Assembly (NCBI GenBank): GCA_963736375.1
Contig: CAVTOL010000038.1
Coordinates: 70,274-134,273 of the forward strand
Reading direction: 5' to 3'
Origin: an uncultured Actinomycetota bacterium
GTDB lineage: Bacteria; Actinomycetota; Actinomycetes; Mycobacteriales; Pseudonocardiaceae
Length of the DNA stretch: 64,000 nucleotides
Shown here: piece after piece, positions 10,180-20,368 of the stretch
Layout of the letters: each line of letters opens with the position of its first letter
How positions within the stretch are numbered: the first letter of the stretch is position 1
The notes under the pieces: generated by a model
Told to the model about the DNA's origin: nothing
Databases searched by the model: none
Seen by the model: the letters and a program-made list of their open reading frames with translations, nothing else
Position numbers and translations under genes: made by a program

Positions 10180-10244
10180 GTGATTACCAGTTCGGTGCAA
10201 ACCCCGGCCAGATTCCGCCGCCTTCGCTCCGAACCGGCGATCAC
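10180..10244. repeat. about 65-bp palindromic element, copy a (GTGATtaCCaGTTCGGTGCaaa ... ttCGCtCCGAACCGGCGATCAC)
   Basis: Inverted arms of about 22 nt. The arms and centre (GGCCAGA) match the copies at 26339 and 58558. Confidence 0.75.
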
Positions 10245-10293
10245 TGCGGGGCCGGGATGAGCGGGCGGGGAGGCCCCAGGGCGTGGGTGTGCC

Positions 10294-11166
10294 TCAGGCG
10301 GGGAGGGCTCCCCGGCTGGCGGCGTCGAGCGCGGCGGCGGCGGGCAGCGGCACGTGGACCACACCGGCCCGGTCGAGCTTCGTGAGCTCGGAGCGGGCGC
10401 GGGTGTACGCGGCGAGGCGCTCGGCGTCGTTGTCGGACTCGCGCGCTGTGGTGAGCAGCTTGATCACGCGCTCGACGGTGGCGCGCTCCGTGGGCGACAG
10501 CGTGGACAGCCGGATCCGCTCGGCTGCCTGCCGAGCCGCGTGCCACGCGCGCTCGGCGCGATCGACCGCCGCGACGTAGGCGGGGGCGTGGGTGCCGCCG
10601 GGGAACGCGTCGGTGTCGAGGGCCTGTGCCTCGGCGAACGCATCGACGAACCGGGCCGTGCTCGCCACCGAGACGTCGGCGAGCGCGGGCAGCCGCAGCA
10701 CCGCCATGGGGTCGCACTCGTAGGCGGCGTAGGCGCTGCGCAGAGCGTCGAACCGGCGACGGGCGTGCGCCCAGACCAGGTCGGGACGCGGTGGTGCGAC
10801 GGGTCGTGCAGGCAGCGGGACGGTGCCCGCGGCACCTCCGCGGCGCAGCCGGGCCCGCCGCTGTGAACGGGTGATGGCGATCACGGCCCCGGCGACCACC
10901 AGCATCGGCGAGGCCAAGAGGAACAGGATCCACGCCATCGTGGCCAGCCCGAGCAGCATGCCGCCCCCGATCACCAGAACTCCGCCGTCGGAGGCGATCG
11001 TCAAAGCGACGAGCACCGCGACGACTGCGAACACCGCGCGGGCCCGCGCGTGGTGCGGGTGGCCGTAGGGTCTCCCGGCCACGCGGCGCCGCCGGGCGTG
11101 CGCCTCCTCCCGCAGACGTCGCCCATCGGCGAACGCGGCGGCGTAGGCCGGAGGGAACGGCGGCAT
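10294..11166 (-). CDS. hypothetical membrane protein (2 TM plus C-terminal helical domain)
   Basis: Real part of the 573-aa track ORF starts at MPPFPPAYAA.. (ATG 11166). It has two hydrophobic segments. The upstream part is antisense shadow of pyc. The start is uncertain. Confidence 0.55.
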   Translation of the reverse strand: MPPFPPAYAAAFADGRRLREEAHARRRRVAGRPYGHPHHARARAVFAVVAVLVALTIASDGGVLVIGGGMLLGLATMAWILFLLASPMLVVAGAVIAITRSQRRARLRRGGAAGTVPLPARPVAPPRPDLVWAHARRRFDALRSAYAAYECDPMAVLRLPALADVSVASTARFVDAFAEAQALDTDAFPGGTHAPAYVAAVDRAERAWHAARQAAERIRLSTLSPTERATVERVIKLLTTARESDNDAERLAAYTRARSELTKLDRAGVVHVPLPAAAALDAASRGALPA

Positions 11167-11310
11167 CCCCGCCGGGTGACGATGGTGGCGCACGTTTCCT
11201 TGGTACCCCACCCGGGTGGTGTTCGCACGGGTCCGATCGAGTGCCGCGCCGGGTAGCGTTCGGCCGAGATCACCGACACCCCGTCGTCGAGACGACCCGA
11301 GGAGCCCGCC

Positions 11311-14300
11311 GTGTTCCGCAAGGTGCTGGTCGCCAACCGCGGTGAGATCGCCATCCGCGCCTTCCGGGCCGCCTATGAGCTGGGCATCGCGACCGTCGCG
11401 ATCTTCCCGCACGAGGACCGCAACTCCCTGCACCGCGCCAAGGCCGACGAGTCCTACCAGATCGGTGAGGTGGGCCATCCGGTCCGCGCGTACCTCTCGG
11501 TCGACGAGGTGGTCAAGGCGGCCCACCGCGCGGGGGCGGACGCGGTTTACCCCGGCTACGGCTTCCTGTCCGAGAATCCCAATCTCGCCAAGGCGTGTGC
11601 CGACGGGGGCATCACGTTCATCGGCCCACCCGCCGACGTGCTGCACCTGACCGGCAACAAGGCTCGTGCGATCGCCGCCGCCCGGGAGGCGGGCGTCGCG
11701 GTACTGCGCTCCTGCGAGCCGTCGACCGACGTTGATGCTCTGATGACCGCGGCCGACGACATCGGGTTCCCGATCTTCGTCAAGGCGGTCGCGGGCGGCG
11801 GCGGGCGGGGCATGCGCCGGGTCGAGCGCGTCGAGGACCTGCGGGATGCCATCGACGCGGCCATGCGGGAGGCCGAGTCCGCGTTCGGCGACGCCACGGT
11901 GTTCCTCGAGCAGGCGGTGGTCAACCCCCGCCACATCGAGGTACAGATCCTCGCGGACGCGGCGGGCAACGTCGTGCACCTCTACGAGCGGGACTGCTCG
12001 ATGCAGCGCCGCCACCAGAAGGTCATCGAGATCGCGCCTGCACCGAACCTCGACCCCGAGCTACGCGACCGGATCTGCGCCGACGCCGTCGCGTTCGCCA
12101 AGGCCATCGGCTACGTCAACGCGGGCACGGTCGAGTTTCTCCTCGACGAGCGCGGCAACCACGTCTTCATCGAGATGAACCCGCGCATCCAGGTGGAGCA
12201 CACGGTGACCGAGCAGATCACCGACCGCGACCTCGTCATCGCCCAGCTCCGGATCGCGTCCGGCATGACCCTGCCCGAGCTGAACCTCACACAGGACCTG
12301 GTGACGCTCTCCGGCGCCGCGCTCCAGTGCCGCGTCACGACGGAGGACCCCGCCAACGGGTTCCGCCCGGACACCGGCGTGATCAGCAACTACCGCTCGC
12401 CCGGCGGCCCCGGCGTCCGCCTCGACGGCGGCACGACGCACACCGGCGCCGAGGTCAGCGCGCACTTCGACTCGATGCTGGTCAAGCTCACCTGCTACGG
12501 GCACAGCTTCGAGCAGGCGGTTCGCCGGGCCAGGCGGGCGATCGCGGAGTTCCGCATCCGCGGCGTCGCGACGAACCTGCCGTTCCTGGCCGCCGTTCTC
12601 GACGACCCCGACTTCCAGGCAGGCCGGATCACCACGTCGTTCATCGACGAGCGCCCCGAGCTGCTGCGCGCCCGCCAGCCCGCCGACCGCGGCACCCGCA
12701 TCCTCACCCACCTCGCCGAGACGACGGTCAACCGGCCGTACGGGCGTCGTCCACAGGTCGTCGAGCCGGTCGACAAGCTGCCAAGGCTCACCGACGGGGC
12801 GCCACCTGCCGAAGGGTCCCGGCAGCTCCTGCGCGCGCTGGGGCCCGAGGGGTTCGCGCGACGGCTGCGGGAGCAGACCCCGGTGGCCGTCACGGACACG
12901 ACGTTCCGCGACGCGCACCAGTCGCTGCTCGCCACCCGGGTGCGCAGCCGCGACCTGCTCGCCGTCGCCCCGCACGTCGCGCGCGCCGTGCCGCAGCTGC
13001 TCTCGCTGGAGTGCTGGGGCGGCGCCACCTACGACGTCGCGCTCCGGTTCCTCGCGGAGGACCCGTGGGACCGGCTCGCCGCCCTCTCGGAGGCCGTGCC
13101 CAACATCTGCCTTCAGATGCTGCTGCGCGGGCGCAACACAGTGGGCTACACGCCGTACCCGACCGAGGTCACCGACGCGTTCGTGCACGAGGCGGCCGCC
13201 ACCGGCATGGACGTCTTCCGGATCTTCGACGCGCTCAACGACGTCGCGCAGATGCGGCCCGCGATCGACGCCGTGCGCGCGACCGGCACGGCGGTCGCCG
13301 AGGTGGCGCTCTGCTACACCGGCGACCTCTCCGACCCCGCTGAGGACCTCTACACGCTCGACTACTACTTACGCCTCGCCGAGGAGATCGTGGCGGCGGG
13401 CGCGCATGTGCTCGCGATCAAGGACATGGCCGGGCTGCTGCGCCCACCCGCCGCGCGCACGCTGGTCACGGCCCTGCGCGCGCGTTTCGACCTCCCTGTG
13501 CACCTGCACACCCACGACACCGCGGGCGGTCAGCTCGCGACGCTCATCACCGCGATCGAAGCCGGGGTGGACGCCGTCGACGGGGCGGTGGCGTCCATGG
13601 CTGGCACGACGTCGCAGCCCTCGCTTTCGGCCTTGGTCGCGGCCACCGATCACACCGAAAGGGCGACCGGCCTCTCCCTGGCCGCGGTCAGCGACCTCGA
13701 GCCGTACTGGGAGGCCGTCCGGAAGGTCTACCGGCCGTTCGAGTCCGGGCTGGCTTCGCCAACCGGCCGCGTCTACCACCACGAGATCCCCGGTGGTCAG
13801 CTCTCCAACCTGCGCCAACAGGCCATCGCGCTCGGGCTGGGGGACCGGTTCGAGCTGATCGAGGACCTCTACGCCGCCGCGGACCGAATGCTCGGGCGGC
13901 TGGTCAAGGTGACGCCGTCGTCGAAGGTGGTCGGCGACCTCGCGCTGCACCTGGTGGGCGCGGGCGTCGAAGCGAAGGACTTCGAAGCCGACCCCGGCAA
14001 GTTCGACGTCCCCGACTCCGTGATCGGCTTCCTGCGCGGCGAGCTCGGTGACCCACCCGGCGGCTGGCCGGAGCCCTTCCGCACGCGGGCCCTCGAAGGC
14101 CGTCCGCCCGAACGGGAGCAGGCGGAGCTGTCGGACGAGGACCGCGCGGGCCTCGCGCAATGCCGCCGCCCGACGCTCAACCGGCTGCTGTTTCCCGGGC
14201 CGACCAAGGAGTACCTGGCCCACCGCGAGTCCTACGGCAACACGTCGGTGCTCTCCACGAAGGACTTCCTCTACGGTCTGGAGCCCGAGGTCGAGCACCG

Positions 14301-14688
14301 GGTCGAGCTGGAGCCGGGCGTCACGCTGATCATCGAGCTGGAGGCGATCTCCGAGCCCGACGAGCGCGGCTACCGGACGGTGATGACGTCGCTGAACGGA
14401 CAGCTGCGCCCGGTGTCGGTGCGCGACCTGGAGGTCGTCACAGACGTCAAGGCCGCGGAACGGGCCGACCGCGGCAACCCGCGCCACATCGCCGCCCCGT
14501 TCGCGGGTGTGGTAACGCTGCAGGTCGACGAGGGCGACGAGGTGTCCGCGGGCCAGACCGTCGCGACGATCGAGGCGATGAAGATGGAGGCGAGCATCAC
14601 CGCGCAGCAGGCCGGAATGGTCGCGCGGCTGGCCATCGGCAAGGTTCAGCAGGTCGAGGGCGGCGACCTCCTCCTGGAGCTGGAGTAG
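11311..14688 (+). CDS. pyc: pyruvate carboxylase
   Basis: 1125 aa with a biotin carboxylase N-terminus (MFRKVLVANRGEIAIR), a carboxyltransferase domain, and the C-terminal biotinyl motif EAMKME. Confidence 0.95.
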   Translation: MFRKVLVANRGEIAIRAFRAAYELGIATVAIFPHEDRNSLHRAKADESYQIGEVGHPVRAYLSVDEVVKAAHRAGADAVYPGYGFLSENPNLAKACADGGITFIGPPADVLHLTGNKARAIAAAREAGVAVLRSCEPSTDVDALMTAADDIGFPIFVKAVAGGGGRGMRRVERVEDLRDAIDAAMREAESAFGDATVFLEQAVVNPRHIEVQILADAAGNVVHLYERDCSMQRRHQKVIEIAPAPNLDPELRDRICADAVAFAKAIGYVNAGTVEFLLDERGNHVFIEMNPRIQVEHTVTEQITDRDLVIAQLRIASGMTLPELNLTQDLVTLSGAALQCRVTTEDPANGFRPDTGVISNYRSPGGPGVRLDGGTTHTGAEVSAHFDSMLVKLTCYGHSFEQAVRRARRAIAEFRIRGVATNLPFLAAVLDDPDFQAGRITTSFIDERPELLRARQPADRGTRILTHLAETTVNRPYGRRPQVVEPVDKLPRLTDGAPPAEGSRQLLRALGPEGFARRLREQTPVAVTDTTFRDAHQSLLATRVRSRDLLAVAPHVARAVPQLLSLECWGGATYDVALRFLAEDPWDRLAALSEAVPNICLQMLLRGRNTVGYTPYPTEVTDAFVHEAAATGMDVFRIFDALNDVAQMRPAIDAVRATGTAVAEVALCYTGDLSDPAEDLYTLDYYLRLAEEIVAAGAHVLAIKDMAGLLRPPAARTLVTALRARFDLPVHLHTHDTAGGQLATLITAIEAGVDAVDGAVASMAGTTSQPSLSALVAATDHTERATGLSLAAVSDLEPYWEAVRKVYRPFESGLASPTGRVYHHEIPGGQLSNLRQQAIALGLGDRFELIEDLYAAADRMLGRLVKVTPSSKVVGDLALHLVGAGVEAKDFEADPGKFDVPDSVIGFLRGELGDPPGGWPEPFRTRALEGRPPEREQAELSDEDRAGLAQCRRPTLNRLLFPGPTKEYLAHRESYGNTSVLSTKDFLYGLEPEVEHRVELEPGVTLIIELEAISEPDERGYRTVMTSLNGQLRPVSVRDLEVVTDVKAAERADRGNPRHIAAPFAGVVTLQVDEGDEVSAGQTVATIEAMKMEASITAQQAGMVARLAIGKVQQVEGGDLLLELE

Positions 14689-14727
14689 CAGGCGACCACG
14701 ACCCGGCAGGCCACCGCGCACCCGTCC

Positions 14728-14802
14728 GGTCACTTCGCACCCCGTCGGGTCACTTCGCACCCCGCCGACGGGGTGCGAAGTGGGCCGAAGGGGTGCGAAG
14801 TT
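14728..14802. repeat. nested double hairpin: 2 x ggtcacttcgcacccc followed by 2 x ggggtgcgaagt(g); likely pyc terminator
   Basis: The inner stem 14751-14763 / 14770-14782 is a perfect 13 bp. The outer copies can pair as well. It lies 40 nt after the pyc stop. Confidence 0.7.
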
Positions 14803-14898
14803 GCGCGCGTGCAGCGGCTGCGACGGGGCGGTGCGCAACGGGCCGGGCCGTGCGCGGCGGGCGGCGAGCGCGACGAGTCGGGCGGGCACAATGCCGCC

Positions 14899-15465
14899 GT
14901 GACCAGGATCGTGGCGGGCGTGGCGGGGGGGCGGCGGCTCGCCGTGCCGCCGTCGGGCACCCGGCCCACGTCCGACCGGGTGCGGGAGGCGCTCTTCTCC
15001 GCGCTCGCGCACGACCCCGGGCTGGACGGCGCAGCCGTGCTCGACCTCTGCGCGGGCTCCGGCGCGCTCGGCCTTGAGGCGCTGTCGCGGGGCGCTGCGC
15101 ACGTGCTGTTCGTGGAGTGCGACCGGCGGGCAGCGGCCGTGCTGCGCCGCAACGTCGCGGCGGTGGACCTGCCGGGCGCGCAGGTGCGCTCCGCCTCTGC
15201 CGCGGCCGTCCTCGCCGCCCCGGCCGACCGACCCTACGACCTGCTGCTCGTCGACCCGCCCTACGCCACTTCCGATGCCGAGGTGGCCGCGTGGCTCGCC
15301 GCCGCCGTCCTCCACGGGTGGCTCGTAGACGGCGCGACCGTCGTCGTCGAGCGTTCCACCCGTGGAGGCACCTTCCCGTGGCCCGTGCCGCTGAAACCAC
15401 TTCGTGAGCGACGTTACGGAGAGACCACACTTCACCTCGGGCGCTGTTACGGTCCCTGCCCATGA
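14899..15465 (+). CDS. rsmD: 16S rRNA (guanine966-N2)-methyltransferase RsmD
   Basis: (V)TRIVAGVAGGRRLAVPPSGTRPTSDRVREALFS..DLCAGSGALGLEALSRGA..DPPY motifs. GTG start was chosen within the longer ORF. Confidence 0.85.
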   Translation: MTRIVAGVAGGRRLAVPPSGTRPTSDRVREALFSALAHDPGLDGAAVLDLCAGSGALGLEALSRGAAHVLFVECDRRAAAVLRRNVAAVDLPGAQVRSASAAAVLAAPADRPYDLLLVDPPYATSDAEVAAWLAAAVLHGWLVDGATVVVERSTRGGTFPWPVPLKPLRERRYGETTLHLGRCYGPCP

Positions 15466-15944
15466 GGCGCGCCGTCTGCCCCGGATCCTTCGATCCGCCC
15501 ACGAACGGGCACCTCGACATCATCGGTCGCGCGTCGTTGCTGTTCGACGAGATCGTCGTCGCCGTGCTCATGAACAAGACCAAGAAGAGCCTTTTCACCG
15601 TCGAAGAGCGCATCGCGATGCTCAGGGAAATGGTCGCGCCGTACCCGAACGTCATGGTCGACTCGTTCGACGGCCTGCTCGTCGACTACTGCCGCGTCAA
15701 TGACATCCGCGCGATCGTCAAGGGCCTGCGCGCGGTCACCGACTTCGACTACGAGCTGCAGATGGCCCAGATGAACCAGCAGCTGTCGGGCGTCGACACG
15801 CTGTTCATGTCGACCAGCCCGGAGTGGAGCTTCGTCGCGAGCTCGTTGGTCAAGGAGATCGCGACCTTCGGTGGCGACGTGGCGCACCTGCTGCCCGCCT
15901 CCGTGCACCGGCGCCTGGTGGAGCGCATCGCGGAGCGGGCCTGA
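15462..15944 (+). CDS. coaD: phosphopantetheine adenylyltransferase
   Basis: MRRAVCPGSFDPPTNGHLDII.. with an ATGA overlap with rsmD. Confidence 0.95.
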   Translation: MRRAVCPGSFDPPTNGHLDIIGRASLLFDEIVVAVLMNKTKKSLFTVEERIAMLREMVAPYPNVMVDSFDGLLVDYCRVNDIRAIVKGLRAVTDFDYELQMAQMNQQLSGVDTLFMSTSPEWSFVASSLVKEIATFGGDVAHLLPASVHRRLVERIAERA

Positions 15945-16002
15945 GACACGCCTGCGCGCGTCAATCCGCCGTCCGGGCGTCGTCCGATGAGAGGATCAGG
16001 GT

Positions 16003-16734
16003 GTGTACCGGGTCTTCGAATCCCTCGACGCGCTGGTCACCGTGGTCGAGGAAGCGCGAGGGGTCCCGATGACGGCCAACTGCGTCGTCCCTCGCGGCGA
16101 CGTGCTTGAGCTGCTCGACGACATCCGCGAGGCGCTGCCCGGCGAGCTGGACGATGCGCAAGACGTGCTCGACCGCCGCGATGAGCTCGTCGACGACGCC
16201 GCCCAGGAAGCCGAGCAGACCCGCTCAGGGGCGCAGGCCGACGCCGCGGCCGCGCTCGCCGCCGCGCACGCGGAGGCCGACCGGCTCGTCGCCGACGCCC
16301 GTGCGGAGGCCGAGCAGACGCTCGCGACCGCCCGCCACGAAGCGGAACGCACGGTGGCCGACGCACGCAGGCAGTACACCGAGCTCACCGACCGGGCCCG
16401 CAAGGAGGCCGAGAACTCCGTGGAGGCTGGCCGCGCGGCCCACGACCGCTACGTGGCCGAGGCCCGCGCCGAGCAGGGCAGGCTCGTGTCCCAGACCGAG
16501 GTGGTGCGGGCGGCGAACGCCGAAGCGGCCCGCGTCGTCGACGCCGCCGAAACCGAGACCGACCGGCTGCGCCATGAGTGCGACACCTACGTCGACGGCA
16601 AGCTCGCCGAGCTGGAGGACGCGCTGGGCAAGGCGCTCGCCACCGTCACCCGCGGGCGCAGCCAGCTTTGGCGCGGCACCCCGGTGGGCGTGCCGCGAGG
16701 CCGAACCGGCACGGGCATGGATCTCATCGACTGA
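16003..16734 (+). CDS. DivIVA-domain coiled-coil protein (SepIVA / Rv2927c-like)
   Basis: MYRVFESLDALVTVVEEARGVPMTANCVVPRGDVLELLDDIREALPGELDDAQDVL.. followed by a long Ala/Glu/Arg coiled coil. It sits upstream of the DUF177 gene as in mycobacteria. Confidence 0.75.
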   Translation: MYRVFESLDALVTVVEEARGVPMTANCVVPRGDVLELLDDIREALPGELDDAQDVLDRRDELVDDAAQEAEQTRSGAQADAAAALAAAHAEADRLVADARAEAEQTLATARHEAERTVADARRQYTELTDRARKEAENSVEAGRAAHDRYVAEARAEQGRLVSQTEVVRAANAEAARVVDAAETETDRLRHECDTYVDGKLAELEDALGKALATVTRGRSQLWRGTPVGVPRGRTGTGMDLID

Positions 16735-16781
16735 CCGGCCCGGGCCCCCGCCGGGGAGTGACCCGACCTACTCTGGGAGTC

Positions 16782-17336
16782 GTGAGCACGCACCGTCCCG
16801 CCCCCGTCGGACCGTGGGCCATCTCCGTCCGTGAGCTGGGCCGACGGCCCGGCGCCATGCGCACCTACACCGGCGACGTCCCCGCGCCCGACGGCGGGCT
16901 GGGGCTGCCGACGATCGGCGTCCCCCCGGGCGCGCCGGTCGCCTTGGACCTGCGTCTGGAGTCGGCCGCGGAAGGTGTGTACGTCTCCGGCACCGCGCAC
17001 GCCCGGCTCGAGGGGGAGTGCGCGCGCTGTCTTGATCCGCTGACCGACGAGATCACCGTCCCCATCGGCGAGCTGTTCGCCTACCCCGACAGCGCCACCG
17101 ACGCGACCACCGACGAGGACGAGCTGCCCCGCGTCGAGGACGACTACGTCAACCTGGAGCAGACCGTTCGCGACGCGCTCGTCCTCGACCTGCCGCTCGC
17201 CCCGTTGTGCACGCCCGACTGTCGTGGGCTGTGCCCCGAGTGCGGCGAGAAGTGGGTCGACCTCGCGCCCGACCACGGGCATGAGACACTGGATCCACGG
17301 TGGGACGCTCTGCGTGAGCGGCTGCCCGCCGAATGA
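16782..17336 (+). CDS. YceD/DUF177 family protein
   Basis: ..GECARCLDPL.. and ..CRGLCPECGEKW.. Cys pairs, with an acidic linker. It lies immediately upstream of rpmF. Confidence 0.85.
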   Translation: MSTHRPAPVGPWAISVRELGRRPGAMRTYTGDVPAPDGGLGLPTIGVPPGAPVALDLRLESAAEGVYVSGTAHARLEGECARCLDPLTDEITVPIGELFAYPDSATDATTDEDELPRVEDDYVNLEQTVRDALVLDLPLAPLCTPDCRGLCPECGEKWVDLAPDHGHETLDPRWDALRERLPAE

Positions 17337-17366
17337 CCCTCGAGCACCACTGCTAGGAGATTTACT

Positions 17367-17549
17367 GTGGCTGTTCCGAAGCGCCGGATGTCGCGCTCGA
17401 ACACGCGATCCCGTCGGTCGCAGTGGAAGGCCACTGCCCCCACGCTCGTGACCTGCTCGAACCGCGCCTGCCGGGCCACCAAGCCCCCGCACGTCGCCTG
17501 CCCCGTCTGCGGCACCTACAACGGTCGCCCGGTCGTCACACCGGCCTGA
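17367..17549 (+). CDS. rpmF: 50S ribosomal protein L32
   Basis: [22 protein letters not shown].., 60 aa. Confidence 0.95.
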   Translation: MAVPKRRMSRSNTRSRRSQWKATAPTLVTCSNRACRATKPPHVACPVCGTYNGRPVVTPA

Positions 17550-17565
17550 CGCCGCACACGAGCCT

Positions 17566-18312
17566 ATGCCGGAACGCGGTGCAGCGGGACCCGCGCCTGA
17601 CCGTGGGCCCCTTCTCGCGTCGCTGGGTGTCGAGCTGTCGGACGATTTGCTCACCCTGGCGCTGACCCACCGCTCCTACGCGTACGAGAACGGCCACCTG
17701 CCGACCAACGAGCGCCTGGAGTTTCTGGGTGACTCCGTGCTGTCCATCGTGGTGACCGAGCGGCTTTACCTCGACCACCCGGACCGGCCGGAGGGACAGT
17801 TGGCGAAGCTGCGCTCCAGCGTGGTGAACATGCACGCGCTGGCCGGGGTCGCTGCCACCCTCGGTGGCCCGTCCGGGCTCGGCGCCTACCTCTACCTTGG
17901 CCGCGGCGAGGATCTGACGGGCGGCCGTACCAAGCCGAGCATCCTCGCCGACGCCACCGAGGCGCTCATCGGCGCGGTCTACCTCGAGCACGGGCTGGAG
18001 CCCGCCCGTGAGCTCGTGCACCGCCTGTTCGCCTCGTTGCTGCGCAACGCCCCGCTGCTCGGCGCGGGGCTCGACTGGAAGACGAGCCTGCAGGAGCTCA
18101 CCGCCGCGACCGACCTCGGGGTGCCGGAGTACCGCATCACCGAGGAGGGCCCCGATCATCTGAAGATGTTCACGGCCACGGCCGTCGTCTCCGGACGGGA
18201 CCTGGGGGCGGGCGTGGGGCGCACCAAGAAGGAAGCCGAGCAGAAGGCCGCCGAGCTGGCCTGGCATGCGCTCACGAAAGAGGCCACCACCTCGAGCGCC
18301 GCGGGTTCGTAG
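17566..18312 (+). CDS. rnc: ribonuclease III
   Basis: ..[22 protein letters not shown].. signature plus a C-terminal dsRBD. Confidence 0.93.
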   Translation: MPERGAAGPAPDRGPLLASLGVELSDDLLTLALTHRSYAYENGHLPTNERLEFLGDSVLSIVVTERLYLDHPDRPEGQLAKLRSSVVNMHALAGVAATLGGPSGLGAYLYLGRGEDLTGGRTKPSILADATEALIGAVYLEHGLEPARELVHRLFASLLRNAPLLGAGLDWKTSLQELTAATDLGVPEYRITEEGPDHLKMFTATAVVSGRDLGAGVGRTKKEAEQKAAELAWHALTKEATTSSAAGS

Positions 18313-18322
18313 GCGGTCGAGC

Positions 18323-19216
18323 GTGCCCGAGCTGCCGGAGGTCGAGGTCGTCCGGCGCGGCCTCGCCGAGCACGTGCGCAAGCGCACGATCGCCGACATC
18401 ACCGTCGCCCATCCGCGCGCGGTGCGCCGCCATCTCGCGGGCGACGCCGATTTCGCCGCCCGCCTGGCCGGTCGGACGATCACCGAGGCGCGCCGCCGTG
18501 GCAAGTACCTCTGGCTTGAGCTCGACGGCGGGGCAGCGGGCGACGACGCCGTGCTCGCCCACCTCGGCATGAGCGGTCAGATGCTCGTCGCCGACCCCGG
18601 CAGGCCCGACGAGAAGCACCTGCGCATCAGGGTGCGGTTCGCCGACGACGGGCCGGAGCTGCGGTTCGTCGACCAGCGCACGTTCGGAGGGCTCTCGGTC
18701 CATCCGCTCGTCGCGGCCGTCGGCGGTGGTCTCTTGCCCGCCCCGATCGCGCACATCGCCCGCGACCCCATGGATCCCGCGTTCGACCTCGACGCCGCCG
18801 TGGCGGGCATCCGCCGCCGCCGCACCGAGATCAAGCGGGCGCTGCTGGACCAGACCGTCGTGTCCGGCATCGGCAACATCTACGCCGACGAGGCGCTGTG
18901 GCGCGCCCGCCTGCACGGCGCGCGCCCCACCGAGAAGCTCAGCCGGGCGCAGGCCCGCGCCGTGCTCACCGCCGCGGCCGACGTGATGAACGCGGCACTG
19001 GCAGCGGGCGGCACGTCGTTCGACACGCTCTACGTCAACGTGAACGGCGCCTCGGGCTACTTCGACCGCTCACTGCACGTCTACGGCCAAGCCGACCGCC
19101 CCTGCGCCCGCTGCGGCACCCCGATCCGCCGCGAGCCGTTCATGAACCGCGGCAGCTTCAGCTGCCCGCGCTGCCAGCCCCGCCCGCGGTCGGTCAGAGC
19201 CACCCCTTCCGCTTGA
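18323..19216 (+). CDS. mutM: formamidopyrimidine-DNA glycosylase
   Basis: (V)[13 protein letters not shown].. N-terminal catalytic motif and a C-terminal zinc finger [13 protein letters not shown]. Confidence 0.93.
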   Translation: MPELPEVEVVRRGLAEHVRKRTIADITVAHPRAVRRHLAGDADFAARLAGRTITEARRRGKYLWLELDGGAAGDDAVLAHLGMSGQMLVADPGRPDEKHLRIRVRFADDGPELRFVDQRTFGGLSVHPLVAAVGGGLLPAPIAHIARDPMDPAFDLDAAVAGIRRRRTEIKRALLDQTVVSGIGNIYADEALWRARLHGARPTEKLSRAQARAVLTAAADVMNAALAAGGTSFDTLYVNVNGASGYFDRSLHVYGQADRPCARCGTPIRREPFMNRGSFSCPRCQPRPRSVRATPSA

Positions 19217-20228
19217 ACGCCAAGTACAGCCCTCCCGCGCACAACACCATGAGCAGCAGCGCGAAGGGATAACCGAACGGCCATTCCAGCTCGGGCATGT
19301 CCTTGAAGTTCATGCCGTAGACGCTCGCGACGAACGACGGGGCGAAGAAGATCGCCGCCCACGACGAGATGCGCTTGACCTGCTCGTTCTGGTCGTAGCC
19401 CGCCTCGGTGAGCCTGGCCATCTCCTCGTTCTGACGCTGGCCGACCAGCGTGGCGTTGACCTGCAGCATGTTCGTCAGCAGCTCGCGGTCGGCGCCCAGC
19501 CGCTCGATCACGCGCGTGGCGTGGTCGGCGACGTCGCGCAGGTTGCGCCGCAGCTCGAGGTCGGACTCGCTCGCACGCATCTTGAGCTGTGCGCGCAGCT
19601 CGTCGAACAGGTCGCCGAGCGGGTCGACCGCGCGCTGGAACTCGATCACCTCGCGGGAGAGCTGGTAGATGCGCCGGGACGCTTTCGGGTCGCCGCCGAA
19701 GACCTGCACCTCGATCTCGTCGATGTCGGTCTGCAGCCCTACCAGCACCGGTCCGTAGTCGTCGACGATCTTGTCCAAGATCGCGTACAGGACGGCGTAG
19801 GGCCCCTGGCGCAACAACTCCGGGTCCGCCTCCAGCCGCGCCCGCACCTCGCCGAGATCGGGCTCCACGGCGTGCCGCACGGTGATGACGAAGTCCGGCC
19901 CGAGGAACAGGTGGAGCTCGCCGACGTCGACCACCTCGTCGTGGTCGACATATCGCACCGGCCGGAGCACGACGAACAGCACGTCCCCGTAGCGCTCCAG
20001 CTTTGGCCGCTGGTGGGCGTTGATCGTGTCTTCGACCGCGAGGGCGTGCAGGCCGAACTCCTGCGCGACCGCCCGGATCTCGGCCTCGTCAGGGCGCAGC
20101 AAGCCGATCCAGCCGAAGCTGTGGCCGTCGGACGGACAGGAGTGCAGCGCCTCGAAGGTGTTGTCGAGCGAGTCGGGCTCGATGGCGCGCTTCCCGTCGA
20201 TGTAGATCGCGTTGTCGACCACCGACAT
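19194..20228 (-). CDS. corA: magnesium/cobalt transporter CorA
   Basis: 344 aa with the YGMNF motif before the last TM. Its 3' end overlaps the mutM 3' end by 23 bp. Confidence 0.92.
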   Translation of the reverse strand: MSVVDNAIYIDGKRAIEPDSLDNTFEALHSCPSDGHSFGWIGLLRPDEAEIRAVAQEFGLHALAVEDTINAHQRPKLERYGDVLFVVLRPVRYVDHDEVVDVGELHLFLGPDFVITVRHAVEPDLGEVRARLEADPELLRQGPYAVLYAILDKIVDDYGPVLVGLQTDIDEIEVQVFGGDPKASRRIYQLSREVIEFQRAVDPLGDLFDELRAQLKMRASESDLELRRNLRDVADHATRVIERLGADRELLTNMLQVNATLVGQRQNEEMARLTEAGYDQNEQVKRISSWAAIFFAPSFVASVYGMNFKDMPELEWPFGYPFALLLMVLCAGGLYLAFKRKGWL

Positions 20229-20368
20229 GCCTTGCTCCCTCGCGTCGTCCGCAGGGAGGGTAACCGGGTGTTAGACGCCAAGCTGACCGACAAAGAACGG
20301 TGACATCACCGAGCTTGAGCCTCGCCCGTGGCCGCCGCCCGGCGCTGACAGCGGTCTGAAGGGGCACT

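Noticed and set aside
20229-20368. M-box (ykoK) magnesium riboswitch in front of corA
   Set aside because: The leader space is only about 140 nt and lacks the conserved M-box core sequences I can recall. Only a simple anti-SD hairpin is supportable.
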